Shown: in pieces, positions 26,501 to 35,661 of the stretch | How the letters are laid out: every line of letters begins with the position of its first letter | Position numbering within the stretch: position 1 is the first letter of the stretch | NCBI GenBank assembly: GCA_016176465.1 | Contig: JACOXD010000006.1 | Span: 71,878 to 135,877, forward strand | Direction: 5' to 3' | DNA: 64,000 nucleotides | Source of the DNA: Candidatus Daviesbacteria bacterium | GTDB taxonomy: Bacteria > Patescibacteriota > Microgenomatia > Daviesbacterales > UBA10151 | Made by a program: the position numbers and the translations under genes | Notes under the pieces: generated by a model | The model's input: only the letters and a program-made list of their open reading frames with translations | Database searches by the model: none | Told to the model about the DNA's origin: nothing

Positions 26501-27204
26501 AATTTGTTTTAATTTATTTAACTTCTCTTTGGCACAAAAGTGCTTGGTCAAATAATCAAACCCTTTCTTTTCTTATCAAGTCTGAAAAGAAGGCTAAAAT
26601 ATTAGACCTAGGAACTTATCGGCCGGAATTGATAATTGAAAGGGTTAAACAAATTAAAAATCCGGAAATTTATGTGGTAGATATAGACAAAGAAACGATT
26701 AAACTTTGTAAGAAGGCAGGACTTCACAGTTTACAAAGAAACCTAGAGAAACCCTTGCCCTTCAAAGATAATTTTTTTGATTTAATAACAGCAAACCAAA
26801 TAATAGAACACCTGGTCAATGTTGATTTATTTATTGAGGAAATTTACAGGGTCTTAAAACCCAACGGATATTTATTGATATCTACCGAAAATCTATCCAG
26901 CTGGCATAATATTTTTGCATTACTTATGGGTTGGCAAGCATTCTCACAACATATATCAAAAAAACAAGGGATTGGAAACCCTATCAGATTACAAAAAGAT
27001 AGTCATACCGAAAATTCCATTCACATCCATATTTTTACACTTAAAGGATTGTTGGAGCTTTTAGAGTTAAATAATTTTAAGATCATAAATACATTTGGCA
27101 GCGGATATTACCCTTTACCAACTTTTTTTGCAAAGTTTTTTACTAAGCTGGATATTTGCCATTCTGCATTTATTGGCGTAAAGGCGCAAAAAATAAAGCA
27201 ATAA
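26497..27204 (+). CDS. Class I SAM-dependent methyltransferase (type 11)
   Basis: ILDLG, LPFKDNFFD, IIEHL and RVLKPNG motifs. Confidence 0.88.
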   Translation: MKFVLIYLTSLWHKSAWSNNQTLSFLIKSEKKAKILDLGTYRPELIIERVKQIKNPEIYVVDIDKETIKLCKKAGLHSLQRNLEKPLPFKDNFFDLITANQIIEHLVNVDLFIEEIYRVLKPNGYLLISTENLSSWHNIFALLMGWQAFSQHISKKQGIGNPIRLQKDSHTENSIHIHIFTLKGLLELLELNNFKIINTFGSGYYPLPTFFAKFFTKLDICHSAFIGVKAQKIKQ

Positions 27205-27206
27205 AT

Positions 27207-27971
27207 ATGAAATACTCATATGTACGATCTCTGGCTTGCCCAAGCTGTCTTCAGAGTTTGTCTAAAGGTGTTCATAAAATAAGTTGTCCCCAAACTCATG
27301 CAAAATTTCAGAAAAAGTCTGGGATTTGGGACTTTTTATCTTTTAGAAGAGCTTCTCCCTCCCAAATTGAAAATGAAAGTCAGCACGCAAAAGGACCCTG
27401 GGGCAGAATAAGTGATGGATCTTATGAGATTTTAGCTGCTTTTGCCAGGGGGAATAAAACCCTAGATATTGCTTGTGGTGAAGGCTGGATCGAAGCTTTA
27501 GCACCTGAAACTGTTGGTTTAGATTTTTCTTTATCAGCACTGAAAAAAGCCAAGAAAAATGGAGCTAAAAATTTAGTATGGGGCAATGCCGAACATTTAC
27601 CCTTCTTAGACAATACCTTTGACTTAACGATTAACTCGGGAAGTTTAGAAAATATCGAAAACCCAAAAAAAGCGATCATGGAGATGGCTCGAGTATCCAA
27701 AATGCAAATTATGGTGGTTCATCGAGAATTCAATTTACCTTTTTTTAGATCAGTTCGAAATCTCTTCTCTTTTATTTTAAAAATCAAACATCAACCGGTA
27801 GAGAAACCTCTTCTATTTAGAGAGCTAACTAAAATGCTGGTACAGGCTAACTTAAAAGTAGTTTACAAGGGACATTGGACTCTTCCTTTAAATTACGGTC
27901 GAGCCATTAATTTTCTGCCTGAATTTAGCAAAGTTAATAGCTGTTTTTTTGTAATAACGATAAGGCAGTGA
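27207..27971 (+). CDS. SAM methyltransferase with N-terminal Trm112-like finger
   Basis: LACPSC; LDIACGEG and AEHLPF motifs; start placed at MKYSY. Confidence 0.85.
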   Translation: MKYSYVRSLACPSCLQSLSKGVHKISCPQTHAKFQKKSGIWDFLSFRRASPSQIENESQHAKGPWGRISDGSYEILAAFARGNKTLDIACGEGWIEALAPETVGLDFSLSALKKAKKNGAKNLVWGNAEHLPFLDNTFDLTINSGSLENIENPKKAIMEMARVSKMQIMVVHREFNLPFFRSVRNLFSFILKIKHQPVEKPLLFRELTKMLVQANLKVVYKGHWTLPLNYGRAINFLPEFSKVNSCFFVITIRQ

Positions 27972-28014
27972 ATGAAAATATCAGATTTACTTGGTAAGAT
28001 AAATCTTAAAGCAA

Positions 28015-30681
28015 ATGAAAAAAAGAATAATCAACACCACTATTACTTTTTCCCACTTAATTATCTTCTCTCTACTTTCTGCTTTAGTATCTTTTATTTA
28101 TTGGATCTGGGCTGGCAAAGATTATATTTTTGCTAAAACTCCAATAGGTGGAGATTATTTTAATGCCCTTACTTACGCTCAGTTTTTTAAAGATCACTTA
28201 AATCTACCACCCCAAGGTTGGGTACCTTTTTGGAATGAGGGTTCACCAATAATTAGTGGTTATCCTTGGGCTTTTTTTTATCTGCTTTATCCTCTAACTA
28301 AATATTTTGATCTTCCAACAGCCATGGATTATCTTTCCATAGCTTTCTTATTGCTATTTTTTATCTTCTCGCTCACCTTTTTTTATCAAGCTGCAAAAAA
28401 CTGGCTGGTTGCATCCGCTTTTGTGTTAATTCTTCTAATCACCCGTGCTAGTTATTATCCGTTAATGACTGGTGGATTTATCTCATCAGCTTCAGCCATG
28501 TGGTATTTACCAGCTATCTTATTTTTAATTCTAAAGTTTGCAGACTCAAAAAAACAATTTTTTTTAATTCTCGCTTCAATTTTAGAAGGTTTATCATTAA
28601 TTCACCATGCTCCGACCTCTTTACTTATGGTTATCGCTCCAACTACATTAGTATTAGCCTTACTCCCCAACCAAGGAAATATTAAAAAAAGATTTTTTAC
28701 TACCGTTAAATTTCTGATCATCTCTTTTTTAATTGGAGCAATGAGTTTATATACTGTAATCTTACAAGCCTATCTAGGATCAGGTTCCGGAGCCTGCGCA
28801 AGTCCCCAATGTTGGGGAATTTACCCGAAACATTTAATAACTTGGTTAAATCCCCTAACTTTAGGAATCATAGGGGGAGGTGTAATGCTAATCTTAATAA
28901 CCCGAATCATAAAAAGAGATTCTAAATCAGTAGAGTTATTGTTACCTTTACTCCTTGGATTTGCTTTTTTTGTCTTCTACGCAATGCTGGCAAAACTAGA
29001 ACTGATAAACGGCTTCGCCAACGTTATCTTTCCTACTAGAACTTTTTGGGCCGCAAATTTATTTGCATTGGGTATAGGGGCAATATCTTTTAGAATTTTT
29101 AATCTCAAATTTAGGAAAATTGGCCATATTTTAGCCTTAATTATCCTTATTGGCATAGCTATTCCGACTTATCTTTATTCTGTTCCTCCTGACATCCACC
29201 ATGACTTTACAGCTACAGATCCTTTGGATGTAGCCATCTATACAATCCCTAAATACCAAACAAAACAAGTCTCTGAATTAGTAGCGGACTTTGTACCACT
29301 TAATGAAGCAAACTGGAGGCTTGATTCATTTAACCCAGGACTCATACATTGGTGGAACTATGTGGCAACTACTCCCTCAGTGAGGGGGTATTCAAACCAC
29401 CCTGTTGGGAAACTTCGCGATTGGCAATATTTTTTACAAACATCAACCAGAGATCCTCAGGATGAAAACCAAGAATTAATTAAAAACAGAGCTCATTTTT
29501 TGATTGATGCTTTTGGGATAGGATTTAGAGATAATTCTGTAGCAAGTTACCCAATTTCCATCCTTTCTGATCAAAGCCTAATTACTAAATCTTCCCCCCA
29601 AATGCGCAGTTTCTCCTGGATGCAGCTTTCACAGGATAAATTTAGCCCTATTATTTATCCTACTAACTCCCCTGCTGTTTTGTTTATTGGAGACGAAGGA
29701 GGTTATGAGAATTTTTTAAGGGCAATTGCATTAGTTAATTTAAACTCAAAAGTTTTAACTCCGGTCAGAGGTCCAAACGACATAGGAAAAATATCACTAG
29801 ATGAATTAAACCAGTTTGATTTAGTGGTAGCTTATGGCTATAAAGGCAATAACTTCGACAAGATCGCTAGATATGTTAAAAATGGTAAAGCTTTATTTAT
29901 TGACACTGCCTCGGGAAGTGACCAGACACTTAAGAATACTGCTGATATTTTTCCACTTACTAAACTTTCTAAAAGAGAAGTTAAGGAAAGCTGGAAGTCT
30001 GTAATTGTAGGGCGGGAATTTGCTTTGAATGTTGATTCTAAGCTATTTAGCCCCTTCTCTTTTCAAGGAGGTAATTGGAAGTTAAACCTAGCTTCAGAAT
30101 CTAACCTAAGATCTTGGGGTAAAACCATTGTTAAACATAATCAAAATGTATTGATAGCAGGGGGGCAATTAGAAAAAGGTAAAGTTATCTGGAGTGGAGC
30201 CAATCTTTTCTATCATTTGGTTACTAATAATAACTTCGAGGAGGCTAAATTAATTAAAAACATTTTTGATTTTCTTTTACCAGAAGTGCAAGTTAAACCT
30301 GAATATAGCGTTAATCGAATTTCCCCGGAGAAAGCTATTATCGAGGCTAAAAATATCAGGGGTATTTACTTTAAAGAGAATTTTGACTTGGGATGGAGGG
30401 CAAAAATGAATGATCAATCTTTGAAAATTTATCCGGCTGGTATGGGTTTTATGTATGTACCTCTTAAGAAAGAAGTTAAAGAAGCTACCATCTCTTTAGA
30501 TTATGGGGGAAGTTTACTAGCCTGGTTGCTCTTTTTGATAAGTATCATCTCTTTTGTTTTTACCCTAATCTATTTACTACTTCCAAAACCTTTTATACTT
30601 ATATCCAGCGCCATCCAAAAACCAATTATAGAAAGATTTAATAAAAAAGTTAAGGAGTTACTTAAAGAAGAAGATGAGTAA
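28015..30681 (+). CDS. Large GT-C-like membrane protein (PTPS-related/YfhO-like), paralogue 1
   Basis: About 12 TM N-terminal region with GGD and WxPFWNEG, extracellular domain, FKENF..GW.A YfhO-like tail and C-terminal TM. Confidence 0.7.
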   Translation: MKKRIINTTITFSHLIIFSLLSALVSFIYWIWAGKDYIFAKTPIGGDYFNALTYAQFFKDHLNLPPQGWVPFWNEGSPIISGYPWAFFYLLYPLTKYFDLPTAMDYLSIAFLLLFFIFSLTFFYQAAKNWLVASAFVLILLITRASYYPLMTGGFISSASAMWYLPAILFLILKFADSKKQFFLILASILEGLSLIHHAPTSLLMVIAPTTLVLALLPNQGNIKKRFFTTVKFLIISFLIGAMSLYTVILQAYLGSGSGACASPQCWGIYPKHLITWLNPLTLGIIGGGVMLILITRIIKRDSKSVELLLPLLLGFAFFVFYAMLAKLELINGFANVIFPTRTFWAANLFALGIGAISFRIFNLKFRKIGHILALIILIGIAIPTYLYSVPPDIHHDFTATDPLDVAIYTIPKYQTKQVSELVADFVPLNEANWRLDSFNPGLIHWWNYVATTPSVRGYSNHPVGKLRDWQYFLQTSTRDPQDENQELIKNRAHFLIDAFGIGFRDNSVASYPISILSDQSLITKSSPQMRSFSWMQLSQDKFSPIIYPTNSPAVLFIGDEGGYENFLRAIALVNLNSKVLTPVRGPNDIGKISLDELNQFDLVVAYGYKGNNFDKIARYVKNGKALFIDTASGSDQTLKNTADIFPLTKLSKREVKESWKSVIVGREFALNVDSKLFSPFSFQGGNWKLNLASESNLRSWGKTIVKHNQNVLIAGGQLEKGKVIWSGANLFYHLVTNNNFEEAKLIKNIFDFLLPEVQVKPEYSVNRISPEKAIIEAKNIRGIYFKENFDLGWRAKMNDQSLKIYPAGMGFMYVPLKKEVKEATISLDYGGSLLAWLLFLISIISFVFTLIYLLLPKPFILISSAIQKPIIERFNKKVKELLKEEDE

Positions 30682-32068
30682 AGAAGAAAAAATCCTAACC
30701 TTTTTAATCTTCTGCCTAGCCATAGTAATTCGAGTTTTCCTTATCTTTAACAAAGATCTTTGGTTTGATGAGGCAATCGCTTACTTTATTGCCATAGAAT
30801 CAATCCCTAATTTAATCCAAGCAGCTTTAGCTGATAACCAACTCCCCTTTTTTTATTTAATTTTGCATTTTTTTATTAAACTGTTGGGAGATAATGAATT
30901 TATTTTAAGATTGCCTTCCCTTTTAGCCAATTTAGCCTCATTGGTACTCATTTATTTATGGGGTAAGCAGTTATTTAAAGATAAAGGTTCTTTTTATTTA
31001 TTAGCATTAGCCAGTTTTTCCCCTTTAATGGTTTATTTTTCTGTTGAAGCCAGACCTTACTCTCTTTTAACCTTGCTTACTCTTTTATCCAGTTTTTTGC
31101 TTGTTAAGTTTATTAAAAAGAGTTCATTTAAGATTGGCTTCGGATTTTTTTTATGTTTATCTCTCTCTTTATATACCCACTATTTTGCTTATCTTTTATT
31201 TATTCCTTATTTTCTGATAGCCTGGATATATGCCAAGAAGGCTTTATTTTACCTGGCAATCTCTTTTCTTATTAGCCTCCCAATCATTAGCAGCTATTTA
31301 TATTTTCCTCATCCAGCAATTTTTTCTATAAACCCACTACTTGGTTTAGTGGCCACTTTTGCTTCATTTTTAATTGGGGGAGTTGGATCAATCAGCTTAA
31401 GAAGCTATCTAATTGACTCTCACATTCTGACTAGATTACTTAACTTCATAACCTTAGCTTTGGGACTATTTTTAGCCTTTAGAGGCACAAAGTTAGCTTT
31501 TAACTCAAACCATCTAAGATCCATCATATTAATCCTTTTTTTGCCTATATTTGCTTGCTTGCTTATCTCTTTTTTTATCCCCCTTTATTCAGCTCGTGCC
31601 TTTTCTTTCCTTGCTCCATATTTTTTTGTCCTATTAATATTTGATCTTAATAAATCCAAAAAAATATTAATTCTACCTTTGCTGGCATTTTTGGTGACCA
31701 TAAACATTTTGCCATTTATTGACCCCAAACTTTCTTATCCTCAAATTAAACACGCGACAAAGGCAATTGGCGATCAAAATACTATTTTGCACACCAGTGT
31801 ATTAACTTATTATCCATTTAAGTTTTACTCACCAAAACAGTCATTACTTATTGCTCAGAATCCTCTCTCTAGTAAAACTATAGAGATTATTGGTGGAAAG
31901 ATTAGTCAAATTCCTCTAAAAAAAGAGATTTATTTAGTTAATATAGACTATGGAAACAATCCAAGAGAAGTACTTAGAGTAAATAAAATTATAGAAAAAG
32001 AATACAGACTGATTGGCCAAAAGAGGTTAGGCTCTATAACCTTGTACCATTACAATCAGCATCAATAG
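30674..32068 (+). CDS. GT-C glycosyltransferase (PMT_2/GT39-83-like)
   Basis: LWFDEA, LRLPS, EARPYS and YTHY motifs; multi-TM. Confidence 0.85.
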   Translation: MSKEEKILTFLIFCLAIVIRVFLIFNKDLWFDEAIAYFIAIESIPNLIQAALADNQLPFFYLILHFFIKLLGDNEFILRLPSLLANLASLVLIYLWGKQLFKDKGSFYLLALASFSPLMVYFSVEARPYSLLTLLTLLSSFLLVKFIKKSSFKIGFGFFLCLSLSLYTHYFAYLLFIPYFLIAWIYAKKALFYLAISFLISLPIISSYLYFPHPAIFSINPLLGLVATFASFLIGGVGSISLRSYLIDSHILTRLLNFITLALGLFLAFRGTKLAFNSNHLRSIILILFLPIFACLLISFFIPLYSARAFSFLAPYFFVLLIFDLNKSKKILILPLLAFLVTINILPFIDPKLSYPQIKHATKAIGDQNTILHTSVLTYYPFKFYSPKQSLLIAQNPLSSKTIEIIGGKISQIPLKKEIYLVNIDYGNNPREVLRVNKIIEKEYRLIGQKRLGSITLYHYNQHQ

Positions 32069-32091
32069 TATAATCCCTCTGCCCTTAAACC

Positions 32092-33219
32092 ATGAATATA
32101 AAAATCGCGGTTATAACTGAATCTATTAACAATCATTCAGGCGCCAGGGCTCCGCTTGAGCTGGCAAAAAATTTATCCTTGCTTGGAAATGAGATAAGAG
32201 TTTATTCCTATAATAACAACTTAGATAAAACCGCCCTAAAGGAGCTTAAGGCAAGTAAAGTTACAGCTTCTTTATTATCCAAGATTAGGACTCCTTTTCT
32301 TAGTAGGAGTCTTCCCGATTTAAGATTAACTAAAAAAATTTGGCAAGATAAACCCCAAGTAATTATCTTTTGCGGCTCTTTTCCCTCATTTTGGGGGTCT
32401 AGATTAACCTTTATACCTTTAATCCGTATCTATATGGGAACACAATTCGGAGCTTTTAAAGAAAATTTTTTGCCAAACACTAAACTCTCACCTATTCAGC
32501 TAGCAATTAACCTTTTGACTGATTGCTTTATCTTTTTAACAGAACTACTTATGGTTTATTCTGCCAGTTACGTTATTGCAATTTCTAACTACGCGGCAGT
32601 TGAGCTAAAAAGGCTTTACAACAAAAAAGCTAATAAAGTAATTTATTTAGGGGGTAACCACTTAAGACATACAAAACCCTCTAAGTTTAGAAAAATAAGT
32701 AATTTAATCTCAGTCTCTCGAATAACTCCTTATAAGGGCCTCCATCTATTAATCGATTCATTAAGGGATTATTTAATAAAAAATAATCTGACTTTTACAA
32801 TTGTAGGCACCAAAGTTAAGGCAAACTATTTTAAATACCTTAAAAAGATTGCTGGAAGAGGAATTAAATTTGTAATTAACCCCTCGGACAAAGAGTTAGC
32901 AAAGCTCTACGAACAATCAGATCTATATATTAGTGCTGATAAATACCTATTTTTTGGCTTACCCATATCTGAGGTGGCTTTTTTTGCTAAACCGGCAATT
33001 TCCCTTGATTTTGGAGCAGCTAAGGAGTTAATCAATAATAATCAAACTGGGTTTATTGCTAAAAACACAAATGAGTTAGTTCCGCTTATAGACAAACTTT
33101 TAAAGAAGCCGAGTTTAAGAGTTAAAATGGGGCAAAATGCAAAAAAAAGAGCAAGTCAACTTTTTAACTGGAGAGAGATAAGTCTAATATACTTAAGATT
33201 CATTAAGTCTATTTTATGA
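32092..33219 (+). CDS. Glycosyltransferase family 4
   Basis: SRITPYKG and FFGLPISE motifs. Confidence 0.85.
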   Translation: MNIKIAVITESINNHSGARAPLELAKNLSLLGNEIRVYSYNNNLDKTALKELKASKVTASLLSKIRTPFLSRSLPDLRLTKKIWQDKPQVIIFCGSFPSFWGSRLTFIPLIRIYMGTQFGAFKENFLPNTKLSPIQLAINLLTDCFIFLTELLMVYSASYVIAISNYAAVELKRLYNKKANKVIYLGGNHLRHTKPSKFRKISNLISVSRITPYKGLHLLIDSLRDYLIKNNLTFTIVGTKVKANYFKYLKKIAGRGIKFVINPSDKELAKLYEQSDLYISADKYLFFGLPISEVAFFAKPAISLDFGAAKELINNNQTGFIAKNTNELVPLIDKLLKKPSLRVKMGQNAKKRASQLFNWREISLIYLRFIKSIL

Positions 33220-34970
33220 AGAAACCCATTTATATTTTAGGGATCAGTGAAAGTCACTGCGCCAGCGCAGCTTTACTTAAGGATGGTGAGCTGATCGCTT
33301 GTGTGTCAGAGGAAAGATTCACTAGAAAAAAATTACAATCAGGCATTCCTAAAAATGCAATTAAATATTGTTTTAATTTTGCCAAGATAACTGCATCTGA
33401 TTTATCTTTAGTCGCTTTAGCTGATTTTGAATCACCATTTTTGACTGCTAGGGAGTCTACTTACGACAAATTCAAAATTCTATCCATACTGGGGAAGCCG
33501 GTCTTATGGCTAGAAGAAAAAATAGAGAGAAAAGTTCCCAATTCCCAGGAACTTTTTTATCGAATTTATAGATTCTTTGCTAAATCGAACCAAACGCAGA
33601 GGCAAAAAAGGAGAATTAAAAAGCTAAAGGCTACAGTTTCTTTACCCTCAGATAAATTTAAGTTTGTCCAGCACCATCTTTGTCATGCCTCTGCGGCATT
33701 GTTTTCCTCTCCTTTACCCTCAAAGGAAAAAGAAGCACTCATTTTTACTTGCGATGGTGTAGGCGATTTTGAATCAGCTACTCTTTCAAAATACAGTGAT
33801 GATCGGATTAAAAAAATAGTCAGTATAAACTCTCAACAATCACTAGGTTTTTTTTATCAACATATCACCCAATTTTTAGGGCTTAAACCAATTGAGGATG
33901 AATATAAAGTCATGGGCCTAGCCCCCTACGCAGATCCGAAAAAAGCATTTCATACATATAAACTACTCTCTCCCTACTTCAAATTTAGCCTTAAGCAAAA
34001 CAAGTGGCAAATATTGGTAAGTGAACATCACCTTCAGGGAAAATTTCCCAAACTACTCCTTAATAAAAGATTTGACCATATCGCCTACTCTGCACAAAGA
34101 ATCATTGAAGAGTTACTAATAAGATGGGTAAAGAAAGCGCTAGAGGAATTTAAAATTAATAACCTAGTATTTGGTGGAGGAGTTTTCGCTAATGTTAAAG
34201 TAAATCAAAAAATTGCCAGCCTGGATAGAGTTAATAGCTCCTTTTTCATGCCCTCACCTGGTGATGAATCAAACGCCATAGGTGGTGCATTTTACTCTTA
34301 CTTTCAATTAACAGGGCAAAAACCCAAGCCTATCTCACATCTTTATCTTGGCCCACAGTTTTCGGAAAAAGAGATAAAACGATCTTTAAAAGGAAAATCA
34401 AAGTATAAGGTAGAAAAAATAAGTGACATCAATAGTACTCTTGCTAGGTTATTAGCTAAAGGAGAGGTAGTAGCTCGTTTTGCTGGTAGAATGGAATATG
34501 GAGCAAGAGCTTTAGGTAATCGTTCAATTTTAGCTAATCCTAAAAATCCATCCATAGTAGAATTCATCAATTCTGCTATTAAAAACAGAGATTTTTGGAT
34601 GCCTTTTGCCCCAACGATTTTAAGAAGCAATGCCAAGAAGTATTTAAAAATTCACTCAAGTGATTCTTTATTTATGAATGTTTCATTTGAAACAACAAAA
34701 AAAGCCTGGGAAGATTTAGCCGCGGCTTTGCATCCTTTTGATAAGACAACCAGACCTCAAATTCTGGATCAAGAGATAAATCCTAGCTACTATGATTTAA
34801 TTAAAAAATTTGAAAAACTTACTGGAGTGGGAGCAATACTTAATACTTCTTTTAATCTTCACGGTGAGCCGTTAGTTGCTAGCCCAGAAGATGCACTTCG
34901 GGTTTTTGACTCATCTAAGCTAAAATATCTTGCTCTGGAAAATATTTTAATAGAAAAAAAAGATGGGTAA
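33216..34970 (+). CDS. Carbamoyltransferase (CmcH/NodU family)
   Basis: EERFTRKK, HHLCHA, DGVGD, EYKVMGLA, GARALGNRS and NTSFNLHGEP motifs. Confidence 0.95.
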   Translation: MKKPIYILGISESHCASAALLKDGELIACVSEERFTRKKLQSGIPKNAIKYCFNFAKITASDLSLVALADFESPFLTARESTYDKFKILSILGKPVLWLEEKIERKVPNSQELFYRIYRFFAKSNQTQRQKRRIKKLKATVSLPSDKFKFVQHHLCHASAALFSSPLPSKEKEALIFTCDGVGDFESATLSKYSDDRIKKIVSINSQQSLGFFYQHITQFLGLKPIEDEYKVMGLAPYADPKKAFHTYKLLSPYFKFSLKQNKWQILVSEHHLQGKFPKLLLNKRFDHIAYSAQRIIEELLIRWVKKALEEFKINNLVFGGGVFANVKVNQKIASLDRVNSSFFMPSPGDESNAIGGAFYSYFQLTGQKPKPISHLYLGPQFSEKEIKRSLKGKSKYKVEKISDINSTLARLLAKGEVVARFAGRMEYGARALGNRSILANPKNPSIVEFINSAIKNRDFWMPFAPTILRSNAKKYLKIHSSDSLFMNVSFETTKKAWEDLAAALHPFDKTTRPQILDQEINPSYYDLIKKFEKLTGVGAILNTSFNLHGEPLVASPEDALRVFDSSKLKYLALENILIEKKDG

Positions 34971-35661
34971 ATTTTACGACAACCAATACTTTAAAGATCG
35001 TGACTTTTTAGCTACTCATTTAGCTGAAGCTGTGGTGATTTTACTTAAATCACATAAGTTAAGAAAAATTTTGGATGTAGGATGTGGTACGGGCCGTTTG
35101 GTTAAATATTTAAATGATGTCGGGTTTGTGGCTAAAGGCGTTGACTTATCACCTATAGCTGTTAAAAAAGCTAAGGCTTTGGTTAAGAAAAAAAATACTA
35201 TTTTTAAAACTTCAGCCACCAAGCTACCATTTAAAAATAAATCTTTTGATTTAGTGATCGCCATTTCAGTTATTGAGCATATTAGCAATCTAGCGGTAGA
35301 AAAATTTCTTAAAGAAACTCATCGGATTTTAAAGCCAAAGGGGTTTATATTTTTAATTACTCCAAATCTTTCTACCCCAATCAGGCTTGTGCAAGGGAAA
35401 AATTGGTTTGCTTATAAAGATCCTACTCACATTAATTTTTATACTCCTTTAGGAATCGCTAGACAGTTAAAAGAAAATAACTTTCAAAGAATTAAGTTTT
35501 GGGCGAAGACTAAATACAATCAAAGCTTTGACTATGAATTTCCCACAGTTTACGCTAAATTACCTAGATTTCTGAAGATGTTTTTTATTTATTTATTCTT
35601 TTCTACTCCTATTGCCTTGATTAGAAACGCTGTTTGGATAATTGCTCAAAAAAATGACTAA
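34963..35661 (+). CDS. Class I SAM-dependent methyltransferase
   Basis: LDVGCGTG, VIEH and DPTH motifs. Confidence 0.9.
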   Translation: MGKFYDNQYFKDRDFLATHLAEAVVILLKSHKLRKILDVGCGTGRLVKYLNDVGFVAKGVDLSPIAVKKAKALVKKKNTIFKTSATKLPFKNKSFDLVIAISVIEHISNLAVEKFLKETHRILKPKGFIFLITPNLSTPIRLVQGKNWFAYKDPTHINFYTPLGIARQLKENNFQRIKFWAKTKYNQSFDYEFPTVYAKLPRFLKMFFIYLFFSTPIALIRNAVWIIAQKND

